From positions 2,666,001 through 2,730,000 of the forward strand of contig OZ218961.1 in the NCBI GenBank assembly GCA_965112735.1: a stretch of DNA of 64,000 bases. The letters are read 5' to 3'. How positions within the stretch are numbered: position 1 is the stretch's first letter; every line of letters begins with the position of its first letter. The notes under the pieces were generated by a model that searched no databases, was not told where the DNA came from, and was given only the letters and a program-made list of their open reading frames with translations. The stretch comes from Phaeosaccion multiseriatum. Taxonomy: Eukaryota; Protista; Ochrophyta, other classes. Below are positions 1 through 10,900 of the stretch, piece by piece. The position numbers were made by a program, and so were the translations under genes.

Positions 1-19
1 AATTACTAATCAGATAGCG

Positions 20-150
20 AGGCCTAGGCCTAGAACCGCCGGCCTAGGGAGAAAAAATGGCCGGCCTAGAGCGGCCAACGGCCGCCGGCCTAGGCCTAGA
101 GCGGGCGTAGGCCGCTCGGCCTAGGGCCTAGAGCATAGGCTTCTAGGCCA
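20..150. repeat. GGCCTAG/CTAGG-rich palindromic repeat element, probably a transposon-end or MITE relic; related in reverse orientation to 52741-52870
   Basis: Dense GGCCTAGGCC/GCCTAGAGC motifs. The reverse complement of 52741-52870 aligns by eye, sharing cggcctagagcggc and ggccgccggcctaggcctaga. Confidence 0.6.
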
Positions 151-720
151 GTCTGGAGCCGATGATGTGTTGTGGCGTTGTGGCACAGTGTCGTCGCCGT
201 CGGACCTCTCCTTTGAACCGTTTCAAAATTGTTCCTCCACGAGCATACTGCACCGCCCTTTTCATTGTTCCATACAAGCGTTCAGAGGATGCAGAAAATG
301 ATCATGCTTTGGCCTGCGCCGCTTATTGCCTGCGCCACTTGCCTACTCACAAGCTAGGGTTGCCACGAAAAAGATCGTCTTTCCAGCAAGCAGCAAGGCC
401 AATTGCTTGTGCGGCACCGTGGCACGGGCTCGCCCACAGGCAGCCAGCTCCCTCCGGGCGGGACTCCAGAAAGCACCACAACCCAGCCGCAGCCAGTCAA
501 GCGTGAAGTTCAGAGAGTAGAGCAGCCAGCGGAGAAGCAGCCACAAGGGAGGGGGCTACTGATGACATTTAAACGTTGGCCTTAACCCTCCCCTCCTCCG
601 ATCCCAGCCAAGCCCGAGACGCAAGAGTCGCGGGAGTGGACAGGGCCAGGTGCCAGTGAGTGGTGCCTGGCTGCCAAGAGAGTCTAGTGCTTACTTTGAC
701 TGACAGGAGCAAGCAAAAAT

Positions 721-3700
721 ATGTCCGGCGTGCGGAAGGGCGAGCGGGAAGCACTCGTGGCTTTCTTTCTCGCCACGAACGGCGCCACGGCTGGACCAGG
801 CTGGCATGAGGAAGGATGGAACAGCACCACACCCGTGAGCGACTGGCACGGTGTGACTGTGGATAGCGAGACCATTACGAGGCTCGAGCTGGAAGCTGTA
901 GAGCTTATGAGAGGTGAGGCAGGAAGGTGCAAGAAGAAGCGACCTGCCCCCCCACTTGTGGCTGAGCGCAGCACGAAGCCATTGATGTGGTAGTAGCGAT
1001 CATAGGTGCATTGTTTCGGTACCTGACTCCGCCTCCCTTCCATTGCCCTCTGCGGGAGCAGGCCCCATCCCGCCGCAGCTGGGAGACCTCAAGAGCTTGC
1101 AAGTGCTGCAGCTGGAGAGCAACAAGCTCAGCGGTGAGTGGGGAGGAGTCTCACTCATGTCCCTTCGCTTCAAGATGCCGGCATGTGTGAACTGAACAAC
1201 CTTCTTGTTTCTGTACCCTCTGCAGGCCCCATCCCGCCGCAGCTGGGAGACCTCAAGAGCTTGCAAAAGCTGGGCCTGAACAAAAACCAGCTCAGCGGTG
1301 AGTGGGGAGGAGTCTCACTCATGTCCCTTCGCTTCAAGATGCTGGCATGTGTGAAGTGAACAACCTTCTTGCTTCTGTACCCTCTGCAGGCCCCATCCCG
1401 CCGCAGCTGGGAGACCTCAAGAGCTTGGAAGTGCTGTACCTGCACAACAACCAGCTCAGCGGTGAGTGGGGAGGAGTCTCACTCATATCCCTTCGCTTCA
1501 AGATGCTGGCATGTGTGAACTGAACAACCTTCTTGCTTCTGTACCCTCTGCAGGCCCCATCCCGCCGCAGCTGGGAGACCTCAAGAGCTTGCAAGAGCTG
1601 AACCTGGGCTGGAACAAGCTCAGCGGTGAGTGGGGAGGAGTCTCACTCATATCCCTTCGCTTCAAGATGCTGGCATGTGTGAACTGAAGAACCTTCTTGC
1701 TTCTGTACCCTCTGCAGGCCCCATCCCGCCGCAGCTGGGAGACCTCAAGAGCTTGCAACTGTTGTGGCTGTTCAAAAACCAGCTCAGCGGTGAGTGCGGA
1801 GGAGTCTCACTCATGTCCCTTCGCTTCAAGACGCTGGCATGTGTGAAGTGAAGAACCTTCTTGCTTCTGTACCCTTTGCAGGCCCCATCCCGCCGCAGCT
1901 GGGAGACCTCAAGAGCTTGCAACAGCTGTACCTGGGTACAAACCAGCTCAGCGGTGAGTGGGGAGGAGTCTCACTCATATCCCTTCGCTTCAAGATGCTG
2001 GCATGTGTGAAGTGAAGAACCTTCTTGCTTCTGTACCCTCTGCAGGCCCCATCCCGCCGCAGCTGGGAGACCTCAAGAGCTTGCAACAGCTGTACCTGGG
2101 TACAAACCAGCTCAGCGGTGAGTGGGGAGGAGTCTCACTCATATCCCTTCGCTTCAAGATGCTGGCATGTGTGAACTGAAGAACGTTCTTGCTTCTGTAC
2201 CCTTTGCAGGCCCCATCCCGCCGCAGCTGGGAGACCTCAAGAGCTTGCAAGAGCTGTACCTGTTCACCAACGAGCTCAGCGGTGAGTGCGGAGGAGTCTC
2301 ACTCATGTCCCTTCGCTTCAAGACGCTGGCATGTGTGAAGTGAAGAACCTTCTTGCTTCTGTACCCTTTGCAGGCCCCATCCCGCCGCAGCTGGGAGACC
2401 TCAAGAGCTTGCAAAAGCTGGGCCTGTCCAGCAACCAGCTCAGCGGTGAGTGGGGAGGAGTCTCACTCATATCCCTTCGCTTCAAGATGCTGGCATGTGT
2501 GAACTGAAGAACCTTCTTGCTTCTGTACCCTCTGCAGGCCCCATCCCGCCGCAGCTGGGAGACCTCAAGAGCTTGCAACTGTTGTGGCTGTTCAAAAACC
2601 AGCTCAGCGGTGAGTGGGGAGGAGTCTCACTCATATCCCTTCGCTTCAAGATGCTGGCATGTGTGAACTGAACAACCTTCTTGCTTCTGTACCTTCTGCA
2701 GGCCCCGTCCCGGCGCAGCTGGGAGACCTCAAGAGCTTGCAAGTGCTGTACCTGTACAACAACCAGCTCAGCGGTGAGTGGCGGGGCGGGGGAGGGGGCG
2801 TAGTCGCGTCATGTCCAACCTTTCTCGATCCTTTCCTAAAGTGCTACAGATGTAAAGCAAGTTGAGGGAGGAGAGGGTCGTGAGAAAGGAGGGATGACGA
2901 AGCACTCTCCTTTCGACTCCATTTAACGCCACTCTGTCTCTGCTTTTCTCTCTATGGCTGTCCGGGGATTTGGTTGTGCTCCCTCTTTCCTTGACAGAGT
3001 ATCCCGCGTTGGCGGCAGAAAAGATCGATCGTTTGCAAGGAAAGGGGTGCTCTGTTTCAGCATACGACAACCCATGGTCTCGTCCCCCAGGACACGTCAT
3101 GGCACAAGGCACGGATGCGATCATGGCGTGGTGGAGAGACATTGAGGCCTCGGGCTCCGTCAAGTCTAGCAAGCTCAAGGTGGTGCTCGTCGGTGCGGGC
3201 ACGGCGGGGAAGACGAGTCTGACGAGGGCACTCACCGGCAAGGGAGAGAAGCTGCCCACGGAGAAAGAGCGGACCATCGGGGTGGAGCGGAGGAAGACCG
3301 TGCGGGTCGCTGATTGCTTCAAGAGGCACTGCCTTGTTGGCGGGGTGGAGACGTACCTCGAAGGGCTGCCGGCTGAGGAAGAGGCACGAGCGGCGATTCG
3401 GGCCACGTCACAGGACCTCAACTTGGTAATGTGGGACTTTGCCGGACAGGAAGCGTACTTCAGCCACCACCAGACCTTCCTCACGGCCCACGCACTCTTT
3501 GTGCTGGTGGTTGACCTGCCCGCCTTCCTGGAGAGGGACAGTGAGGCGCGGGATGCAGCAGTACACCAAGAGGCACACGACGCCGACTTCGCCCACGAAC
3601 AGGAGATATCGCTCTGGCTCAGCGTGCTCGACATGCGAGTGAAGGACTGTCACGTGGTGGTTGTGGCGACCAAGACCCACGGGATGACCGACGAGAAGAA

Positions 3701-6700
3701 GGCGTACGGCAAGCAGCGGCTTACGGCAGCGGTCATGGCGGCAGCCACGCGACTGAACAGACGGAGGGACGAGTTCGCCACAAAAACGAAGCGGATGCAG
3801 GACAGCCGCCCCCGCTCTCAGCAGGAGCAGCAGGAGCAGCAGCAGCAGCAGCAGCAGCAGCTAGAGGGAGACCTTCAGGACGAAAAGGGTTCCCCCATCG
3901 TTGCGGACAAAGTGACGAGCACAGGAGTCACTGTTCTCACGTGTGCGGATGGTGAGCAAGTCCCTGTGTTGGTGGACAGCAAGGAGAAGTGCGGCGTCGG
4001 TGAGGTGTTGCTGCATTTGACGAGAGCTGTGCACGACAAAAAGACCGCCTTCCCCAGCGTGGATGCGTCTATCCCGAAGAGCTGGGACGAGGCCATGGAC
4101 TTCCTGGTGGGGCAGTCTGTGACCCGCAGCTTCGTGGAGTGGAGTAAGGTGGTGCAGGAGTGGAAAGAGTTGAAGGAGGAGGAGGGGGCAAGCGGGTCTG
4201 TGGAGAAGGAGTCCCCCATGTTTACGAAGGTAGAAGCGACAAAGGAAGGAGGAGGCGCTTCTGAGGAGATACTGCGGCAAGCTGCGCATCTGCTGGAGCG
4301 GCAGGGGACGATGCTGTTTACCAACGAGGGGAAAGTGCTGCATCTGAAGCCGGAGAGGATCATTGACCTTCTCAAGCCCATCGCAGACCACCGCATCACG
4401 ACGGAGGGGAGGGTCTTCTGGAAGCCCAGGATTGAGAATTACTTGCTGGAGACATCTCAATATAGATCTTCAGGGACGACAGAGGAAGTGTGGCAGGAGC
4501 TCATTAAGCTGCGAGACTTTGGTATTGTTCACGAGAGAGTGCTGGAGTTTCTTTGGCTATCGTGGACACCAATTGATGGGAAAGACACCTCAAGTCGACG
4601 CCAATTGGAGAAGCAGGAGAAGGAACAAGATGAGAAGAAGGTTACGCGCACCTTTCTCTCCGACTTGCGAGGGCAGGATCCAGACGCGCGGAGCAGACGC
4701 GAGCTCATGCGCGGTATGCTTGTGGAAAGTGGGGCTCTGTATACCGCCCAACACAGCGACACAGAAGAGAGTCTCTACTGGGTCCCTTCGCTGCTCGAGA
4801 CGTGGGTGGACAAGGGGCAGCTCAAGGACGCTTTCTACCTGTCCACAGGGCAGAAGATGAGCAGATGCGCCATCGTGTTGCCCGGTCAGCCCTTCGTTCC
4901 ACCGGGCCTCATGCCTCGCATCGTGGCGGCGTGTATGAGGAAGGCGAAGAGTGATGCCTCTGACACCGGCAGCTGCGAAGTGGACCTGTGCTGGCGCTAC
5001 GGAGTGGTGCTCTACTGGGGCGACCAAAGGGTTCTCGTGTACCACTCCAAGGGCAACTCCACCGCCAACGACAGCGGCACCAACACAATCAGTCTCAACA
5101 ATACTCACCGCAAGAGCATCCATGAGGGCAAAAAGCGCAAGTTGGGTGTGAGCAGCAGCGAAGACGGAGAAGAAGAAGGAGGAGAAGCGGGTGGAGCAGT
5201 GGTCGAGTGGTGTGTGTTGGGCGATAAAGCCTCGCATTGCGACCGGAAGGCACGCCAAGTGGTGCGACCCTGCATTCTTGACGTACTGGAGAGGGACTTC
5301 CCCGGGCTCGACTTTACAGAAGCACTGCCCGGCATGGTCAAGTGCAACATGAAGGCCGCGCTGCACTCGCTGGAGCAGCACATGGACACCCGGATGGACG
5401 TCATCGAAAAGAAAGTGTGCAAGATTGTGGAGGCGACCCGAGGCATCGAGAGCTTCATCCACTTGAGCCGCACCAAGGACATGCCCTACCCTGCCCTCGC
5501 GGTGCTTCTCCCTGAGGGGCATCGAATGCTCAGCGATGGAGGATTCGCGGGTGCCGGGGAGGGAAAGAACACACCTGCGGCGGGTGGAGGCAGCCACCAA
5601 AAGGGTCTCGGCCTCTTCCAGAAGGGAGCGTGGGAGTGGGCCAAAGGGAAAGCGGTTAGCACTGTGGCTAGGAAGTACCGCCTCTTCTTTCTGTGCTCGC
5701 ACGACCTTAGTTTGGTGCCCACTGGGCCAGACGGGAAGGGCTACGAGGTGCCCATGCCCAAACAATGGCTCAAGAGGGCCGCACCCCTGCTTAAGCTGTC
5801 GCTGTTGGCCCTCAAGGTCGCTGCCAAGTGTGCCGTGGGCATTGATCTGCCCATTGACGGAGTCTTTGATGCTCTGAGCGAGAGTACCGTAGAGACAGTG
5901 AGCGGGGGGGTCGAAGAGGGTATCGACCTCTTTTTCGAGGAGGCAGACCCCTTGGTGGAGGAATTCATGCGAGAGGAATGCCGAGCCACCCACGCCACTC
6001 TGGAGGAGGAGGATGACGGAGGAGATCAAGAGGAGAAGGACGAGAAGCTGCGGCGGCCCTTCTCCCGTAAGGATGTCGACTTTGGGCACGCCTACAAGGC
6101 CTACCTGGCCTTCCTCGAAGCGAAAGCGGCCCAGCTGAGCGACACTCATCACAAGACGCACATGGTGCTTTTGGAGGGAGGCACCGAGGACTCGTGGGCG
6201 TGGGTGAGGAAGGCAAACGCAGAGGAATGGAAGGAAACACACGATGGCACAGGCACAAGAGCACAAAGTGAGGACAGTGGTGGTGGTGCTGTCGCGCCTT
6301 CGGCCCACAATGGGGCTGCTGATAGCGTCGTCGTGGGAGGAGGAGGTGGTGACGTGGGTACAGCGTCAGGAGCATCACCCCCCTCACCAGCCCCTGCACC
6401 ACTACAGAAACCGTCTGCTTCCGTCGGACATGAGCAGGCGGGGACAGGGACAAGAGGGGCCTTGACAGCAGAAGCAGAGGGGGACTCGGAGGGACAAGAC
6501 ATCCGGAGATGGCTGCAGGAGGTGAGCTTCAACCCCAAGAGACTCGATGCTGTGGTGGATCTGCTCGTGGACAATTGCTGCGACTCGCTCAAGACTTTGG
6601 ACAGCCTGGGGGACGCCTCTGTGGAGGGCCTACTGCTGGAGGGGGTGGTGGAAAAAGTCGTCGTGGAAAGCTTCATGTTCTACCACCGGCAGCGAAAGAG

Positions 6701-6782
6701 CAACTCCAGAGGCTTCTTCAAAAGGATATTCGGAGGCGGCGGAGGAGGAGCAGGAGGAAAGAAAGTAGTGGCCGCCGCATAG
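721..6782 (+). CDS. LRR-ROC-COR (ROCO family) GTPase, 13 exons, ~1589 aa. Exons: 721-913; eleven 72-nt LRR exons starting at 1062, 1226, 1390, 1554, 1718, 1882, 2046, 2210, 2374, 2538, 2702; final exon 2998-6782
   Basis: Exon 1 encodes an LRR N-cap (EREALVAFFLATNG..GW..W...SDWHGVTV). The LRR exons read GPIPPQLGDLKSLxxLxLxxNxLS. ROC motifs: P-loop VLVGAGTAGKTSL, ERTIG, WDFAGQEAY, VATKTH. A COR-like region and FFLCSHDLSLVPTGPDGKGYEV follow. All introns are GT-AG phase 1, and the spliced length of 4770 nt is an intact frame. Confidence 0.93.
1062..2773 (+). repeat. Tandem array of 164-bp units (72-nt LRR exon + 92-nt intron): 11 exons, 10 near-identical introns
   Basis: Exact 164-bp spacing of cag|gccccatcccgccgcagctgggagacctcaagagcttg ... 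ctcagcg|gtgagt. Confidence 0.97.
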
Positions 6783-7060
6783 TGGAGTGTATCACCCAGC
6801 CGCCAGCTTGTAACTAGCTGGTTGTGAGGGAGGTGGTCGTGTCGGTAGAGTGGCTGGGCCCTCGCTCCCTGCTGGACCTGCGATGAGCTTCCGCGCTCCA
6901 AACGCTGAACACAAGCTTCTGCGCCGGAAGTCCTGTCGCTGTCGGCTCCTGGGAGGTCGGGATCGATTGCTTGATGCGGGTCCATAACAATGAGGCTGGC
7001 AGTGGCGCGGCTGGTGTGAGCGGAGGAGCCTTCCATCCTTTGTGCTCTCACTCAAGAGGA

Positions 7061-7178
7061 GTGTGTGTGCGTGTGTGTGTGTGTGCGTGTGTGCGTGTGT
7101 GTGTATATGTGTGTGTATGTGTGTGTGCGTGCGTGTGTGTATGTGTGTGTGTATGTGTGTGTGTGTGCGTGTGTGTGT
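7061..7178. repeat. (TG)n microsatellite, imperfect
   Basis: Directly visible. Confidence 0.9.
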
Positions 7179-7993
7179 AGCTGGAAGGGAGCACGCGATG
7201 GGCAAACGCTGCTCGATTTATGAATTTATGGCCGTCTTTGTGGTGGAGCAGGGAAGGGCTCAATTCTGTAACGGCCTCGGGGGTGGTGGTGGTGTTGGTG
7301 CGTGGACGGGCCGTGGACGGGCTAGCTAGGTGTGGGGGAAAGTTTGGGCTGCTCATGCTTGGCCATGTCCGGTGGTGCACGTACAGCCTGACGGCTCGCT
7401 TGAGTTTGTTACTCTGGACCCTCAGGACGGGCTCACAGAGCCCCACAAGCGCCGCGGCCTGCTTCCTGTTTCCAAAGCCGGACACCTTGAAACAGGTCAG
7501 GGGCCGAACACTCCAACACTTATCATATCATTTATCGACCCCAGGGGGGCGTGCTGCCTGCTACCAGCCGGCGTCAGTCCACATTCTGGCGTGCTATCTG
7601 CTACCGGCCTGCGGCGGCCAGTAGCATGCTACCGACAATGCGTCGGTGGCACGTCAGGGGTCGAACAATTCACGTGATTTTTTATTATGAGTAATAATCC
7701 TTTTAAAGCTGAAAGAGCCTGGTCAAAACTTACAAATGAAAAGAGACGAGCGAGGCACAGCTCTGCGCCCCCCCCCCGCCCCTCTTCCCGCGGCCCCACA
7801 GCCCCCGACGCAACACCGCACCAACCGCGCCCTCCACTCCTACGCAAACTGATGCCTCCACGCCTGCCCCCCTTGGCTCAGCCGCGCAGCCGCACAGCCT
7901 GCCACGGAGGATGGCAGCGGATGGCAGCTAATGCCTCCAGCCCGCCTTGCCGTCTTCCCCTCCTTGCCTCGCCGCACCGCCTTGTGTGTCACT

Positions 7994-10900
7994 TTACCAC
8001 CACCGATTGAGCACCACAAGCACGATGGTGACATTGTCGCGAGTGTACCTCTCTGAAATGGCTTTCTCCGTCAGCACCTCGCACGTCCGCTGCGCGTCCC
8101 CATGCCTCGCCATCTCCTCTCGGATCACCTCCACCACCTCCTCGTTGCTAAACACGTCGAACAGTCCGTCGCAGGCCAGGAGGGCAAACTCATCGTCGGT
8201 CGTCAACCGTGCGCACAGCATTTCGGGTTCCGCGGTGATGAGAGGCTTGTCTAGGCGGGGCTCAGTTCTGCCGCCGCTCGCCTTGTCCCCACTCTCTTCA
8301 CCACCCGAGCCGGAGCAGCCCCCACTCTTGTTGCTGCCCTCTCCAGCCCCCTCCTTCTTCCCCTCTCGCTCTTGCTCCTCCTTCTCTTGGTCATTGCGGC
8401 TTTCCCCCTCTCCGTTCGCAGGCTCCTCGTCGCTGGCATCAGACGGTCGTCTCCCTTCGCCCTCCACCCCTCCGCTGCTGCCGCCACTACCCCCAGTGCT
8501 CGCCCCTGCTCCTGTCCCGCCCCCGACGCTGCTGCTGTTCCCCAGGCCCTCCTCGCTCAAAATGGCCTGGATGCCCATCTTAAACTCACGGTCACCAAAG
8601 GCCCGTGACACCGCGAGCTCGCCCATGACGCGCTTATTAATCACAAGCCCTCCGGCGCGCTTGATGCGTTCCGTTTCGTCCTCTCGGTTTGGTTTATGGT
8701 CTTGCGACACCACTCTGCACTTACCCTTGGCGCAGAGCAGCAATCGACTGTCCCCCACGTTAAACGAGTAGAAGCGATCGCCGAGCACCATGGCTGTGGT
8801 TGCTGTGCTTCCACACTGGGGCTGATTGGCGGAGGTGAGGAACTGCTGATCGGCTGCCAGGTAGCAGTCCGTTACCACCTTCCTCATCACTTCGTCCACG
8901 GCTGTGGGCGTCTCCCCTTGTTCCGACAGCGGGCTGCTCTCATATCCCTCACCACTTCTTGCCATCGCCTCACTTGCTGCCCCGCCATCCACTGCCATCC
9001 CCACGGTCGGGGCCGGGGCCGCCGAGGACGGTGGGGGAGGGGCGTCTAACGCTGGCGAGTCGTCTTGAAGGCCGCCCCCCTCGCTCTTGTCCCTCTCCCC
9101 CGAGACCGACACCGCCCCAATCTGGCCGTTGTCGTCGATGCTGTTACTACTTCCCCCCTCTGCTCCACCCCCCTTTCCTGTACAACCCGCCGCTCCTCCT
9201 CCTCCTCCTCCTCCTCCTCCTCCCTCCTCCCCCTTCCCCTCCTCGCCACTCGCAACCGTACTTGTGTTTGCCCCCCCCTGTGATGGTGCACCCGCCATGC
9301 CACCTGCCTCTCGACCCTCCACCTCTTTGATGATAGCCCTGCTGCTTGCCCTCTCGTCCTCCTCCTGCGCCGCCTTGAGGAGAGGGGCAGCCCGCTCCAA
9401 AGCATCAGCCAAGTTGACGTGCAAATGTGCCCACAAAAACGCTGACGCCTCTGCCCCTCCGTGCCCATCATAGACTGCCATATAGGACTGCGGGCCCAAG
9501 CCCATGCAGTTCAGCACCTCAATCGCCATGTCCTGAATTACAATGCTCTTGTCCTCCATGGTGCGACGCATGCCCCTCTCCTCCCAAATCCCCCAATCGA
9601 AACGGTTGATAGAGAAACCGGTTCGGCCCACGAGGATATGGTCCGACAGCGACAGCACCCTGTTACTCGCATACGGACCCACCAATTGCATGTAGGTACC
9701 GTTGGTGCTCCCCACGTCACACAAAAAGAAGCGCCCACTTGCCAGGCTCCCTGGCTGCTGCTGCTGCTGCTGCTGCTGCTGCGCACCATTGGGTCCCACG
9801 TCCTCAGGAGACACCCAATGCCACTCGACTCGACTGTGTTTCCTCGACAGTTCTCTGTTTGGGTGTGGTGACAACAAACAAACACAAACAGGCAAGCAAC
9901 GTGTAAGAAATTGTGTGCACGCACGCACTGCAAAAGCGGACTGGAGTGAGTGTGTGGGCGCGTCAACCCCAAATAAAAGGCACCAAAACGAAACGCCTCG
10001 ATGCCTCGCGGAAATGTGTTGGAAACACGACGCGACACTCATCATCATGTACGATGCGAGTCACCCAGGCGTCGAGGCGCGTCACATAATAGAAGGAAGG
10101 AAGGAAGGAAAGTCAAGGACCTAAAGGAAAGGCAAGCGAAGGAGGGAAGGAGAAACCCCACCCTCCTGAGATGGCCTCATCTCGGTCCTCCCTCCCTCCT
10201 CAATCCATCCCCTCAGCAGCCTCCCTCCTCATAAAAACCCTGAACACACTCACCTATCCGCTATGCTGATGCTGTTCTCAGAGGCTCTTCCCACCGTGGC
10301 CCCTTCCTGCAAGACCCTCCTCCTCTCCCCCTTTAAAGGCCCTGCAATGATGTCGAGCATCATTGCTCCTTCCTCGTCAAAGTCGCTCACGAGGAACACG
10401 CTGTTGCCCGCCGAGAAGGTGGAGCCCTTCTCAAGCGGCCAGTCCCTCAGCCCCACACCCATGCCGATGCGAATCGCAGCCCCGTAGGACTGACCCTTGT
10501 CTTGGATGGAGAATACCCCCCCCTTCCAATCAATGCTCGCGTGCTCAAAGTCCCGCATGCAGTCGTCGTTGGGGATTACAATGTCGTTTCGTAACGCCAA
10601 GACCCCTGCCCCCGCTCCGCCAACAGTTTCCTCCCTATCCTTGCCTTCTCCTCCTCCCCCCCCCCCCTCCCCTTCTCCACGCTCCTCCACCGCCGCCGAC
10701 CGGCCAATCTTGGCTCCTTTACTCGTCACAACGAATGAGGGCATGTCCATTCCCTCCGACATTGTCGTAAACTTTAGCACAATTTGCTCCAACGCGGGCC
10801 CAAAGGGCACAGCGGGTCCAATCGTCGGAGCACCAACACCCTCTCTCCCAACCTCGGTTTGGCCACCCGGAGCAGGATCGTTGCTAAGGGATGCATTGCC

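Noticed and set aside
1100-2766. Diversity-generating retroelement as the source of LRR variation
   Set aside because: No reverse transcriptase or separate template repeat is visible in the window, and adenines adjacent to the variable codons (CAA, AAC) are invariant.
1062-2773. CRISPR-like appearance (constant repeat plus short variable segment)
   Set aside because: The constant part is ~140 bp, the variable segments are in-frame LRR codons with fixed Leu/Asn, the units have GT-AG splice sites, there are no cas genes and the context is eukaryotic.
1000-2865. Series of 73-aa (+) and 86-aa (-) ORFs in the ORF track
   Set aside because: Artefacts of reading through the 164-bp exon-intron repeat.
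4590-6308. 572-aa antisense ORF (and similar long antisense ORFs, e.g. 31999-32997, 42065-42958)
   Set aside because: Shadows of GC-rich coding sequence on the opposite strand; no recognisable motifs.
7480-7780. Possible mobile-element fragment with reiterated tgctacc and weak similarity to ~33770-33835
   Set aside because: The similarity is too short and no termini or TSD can be defined by eye.
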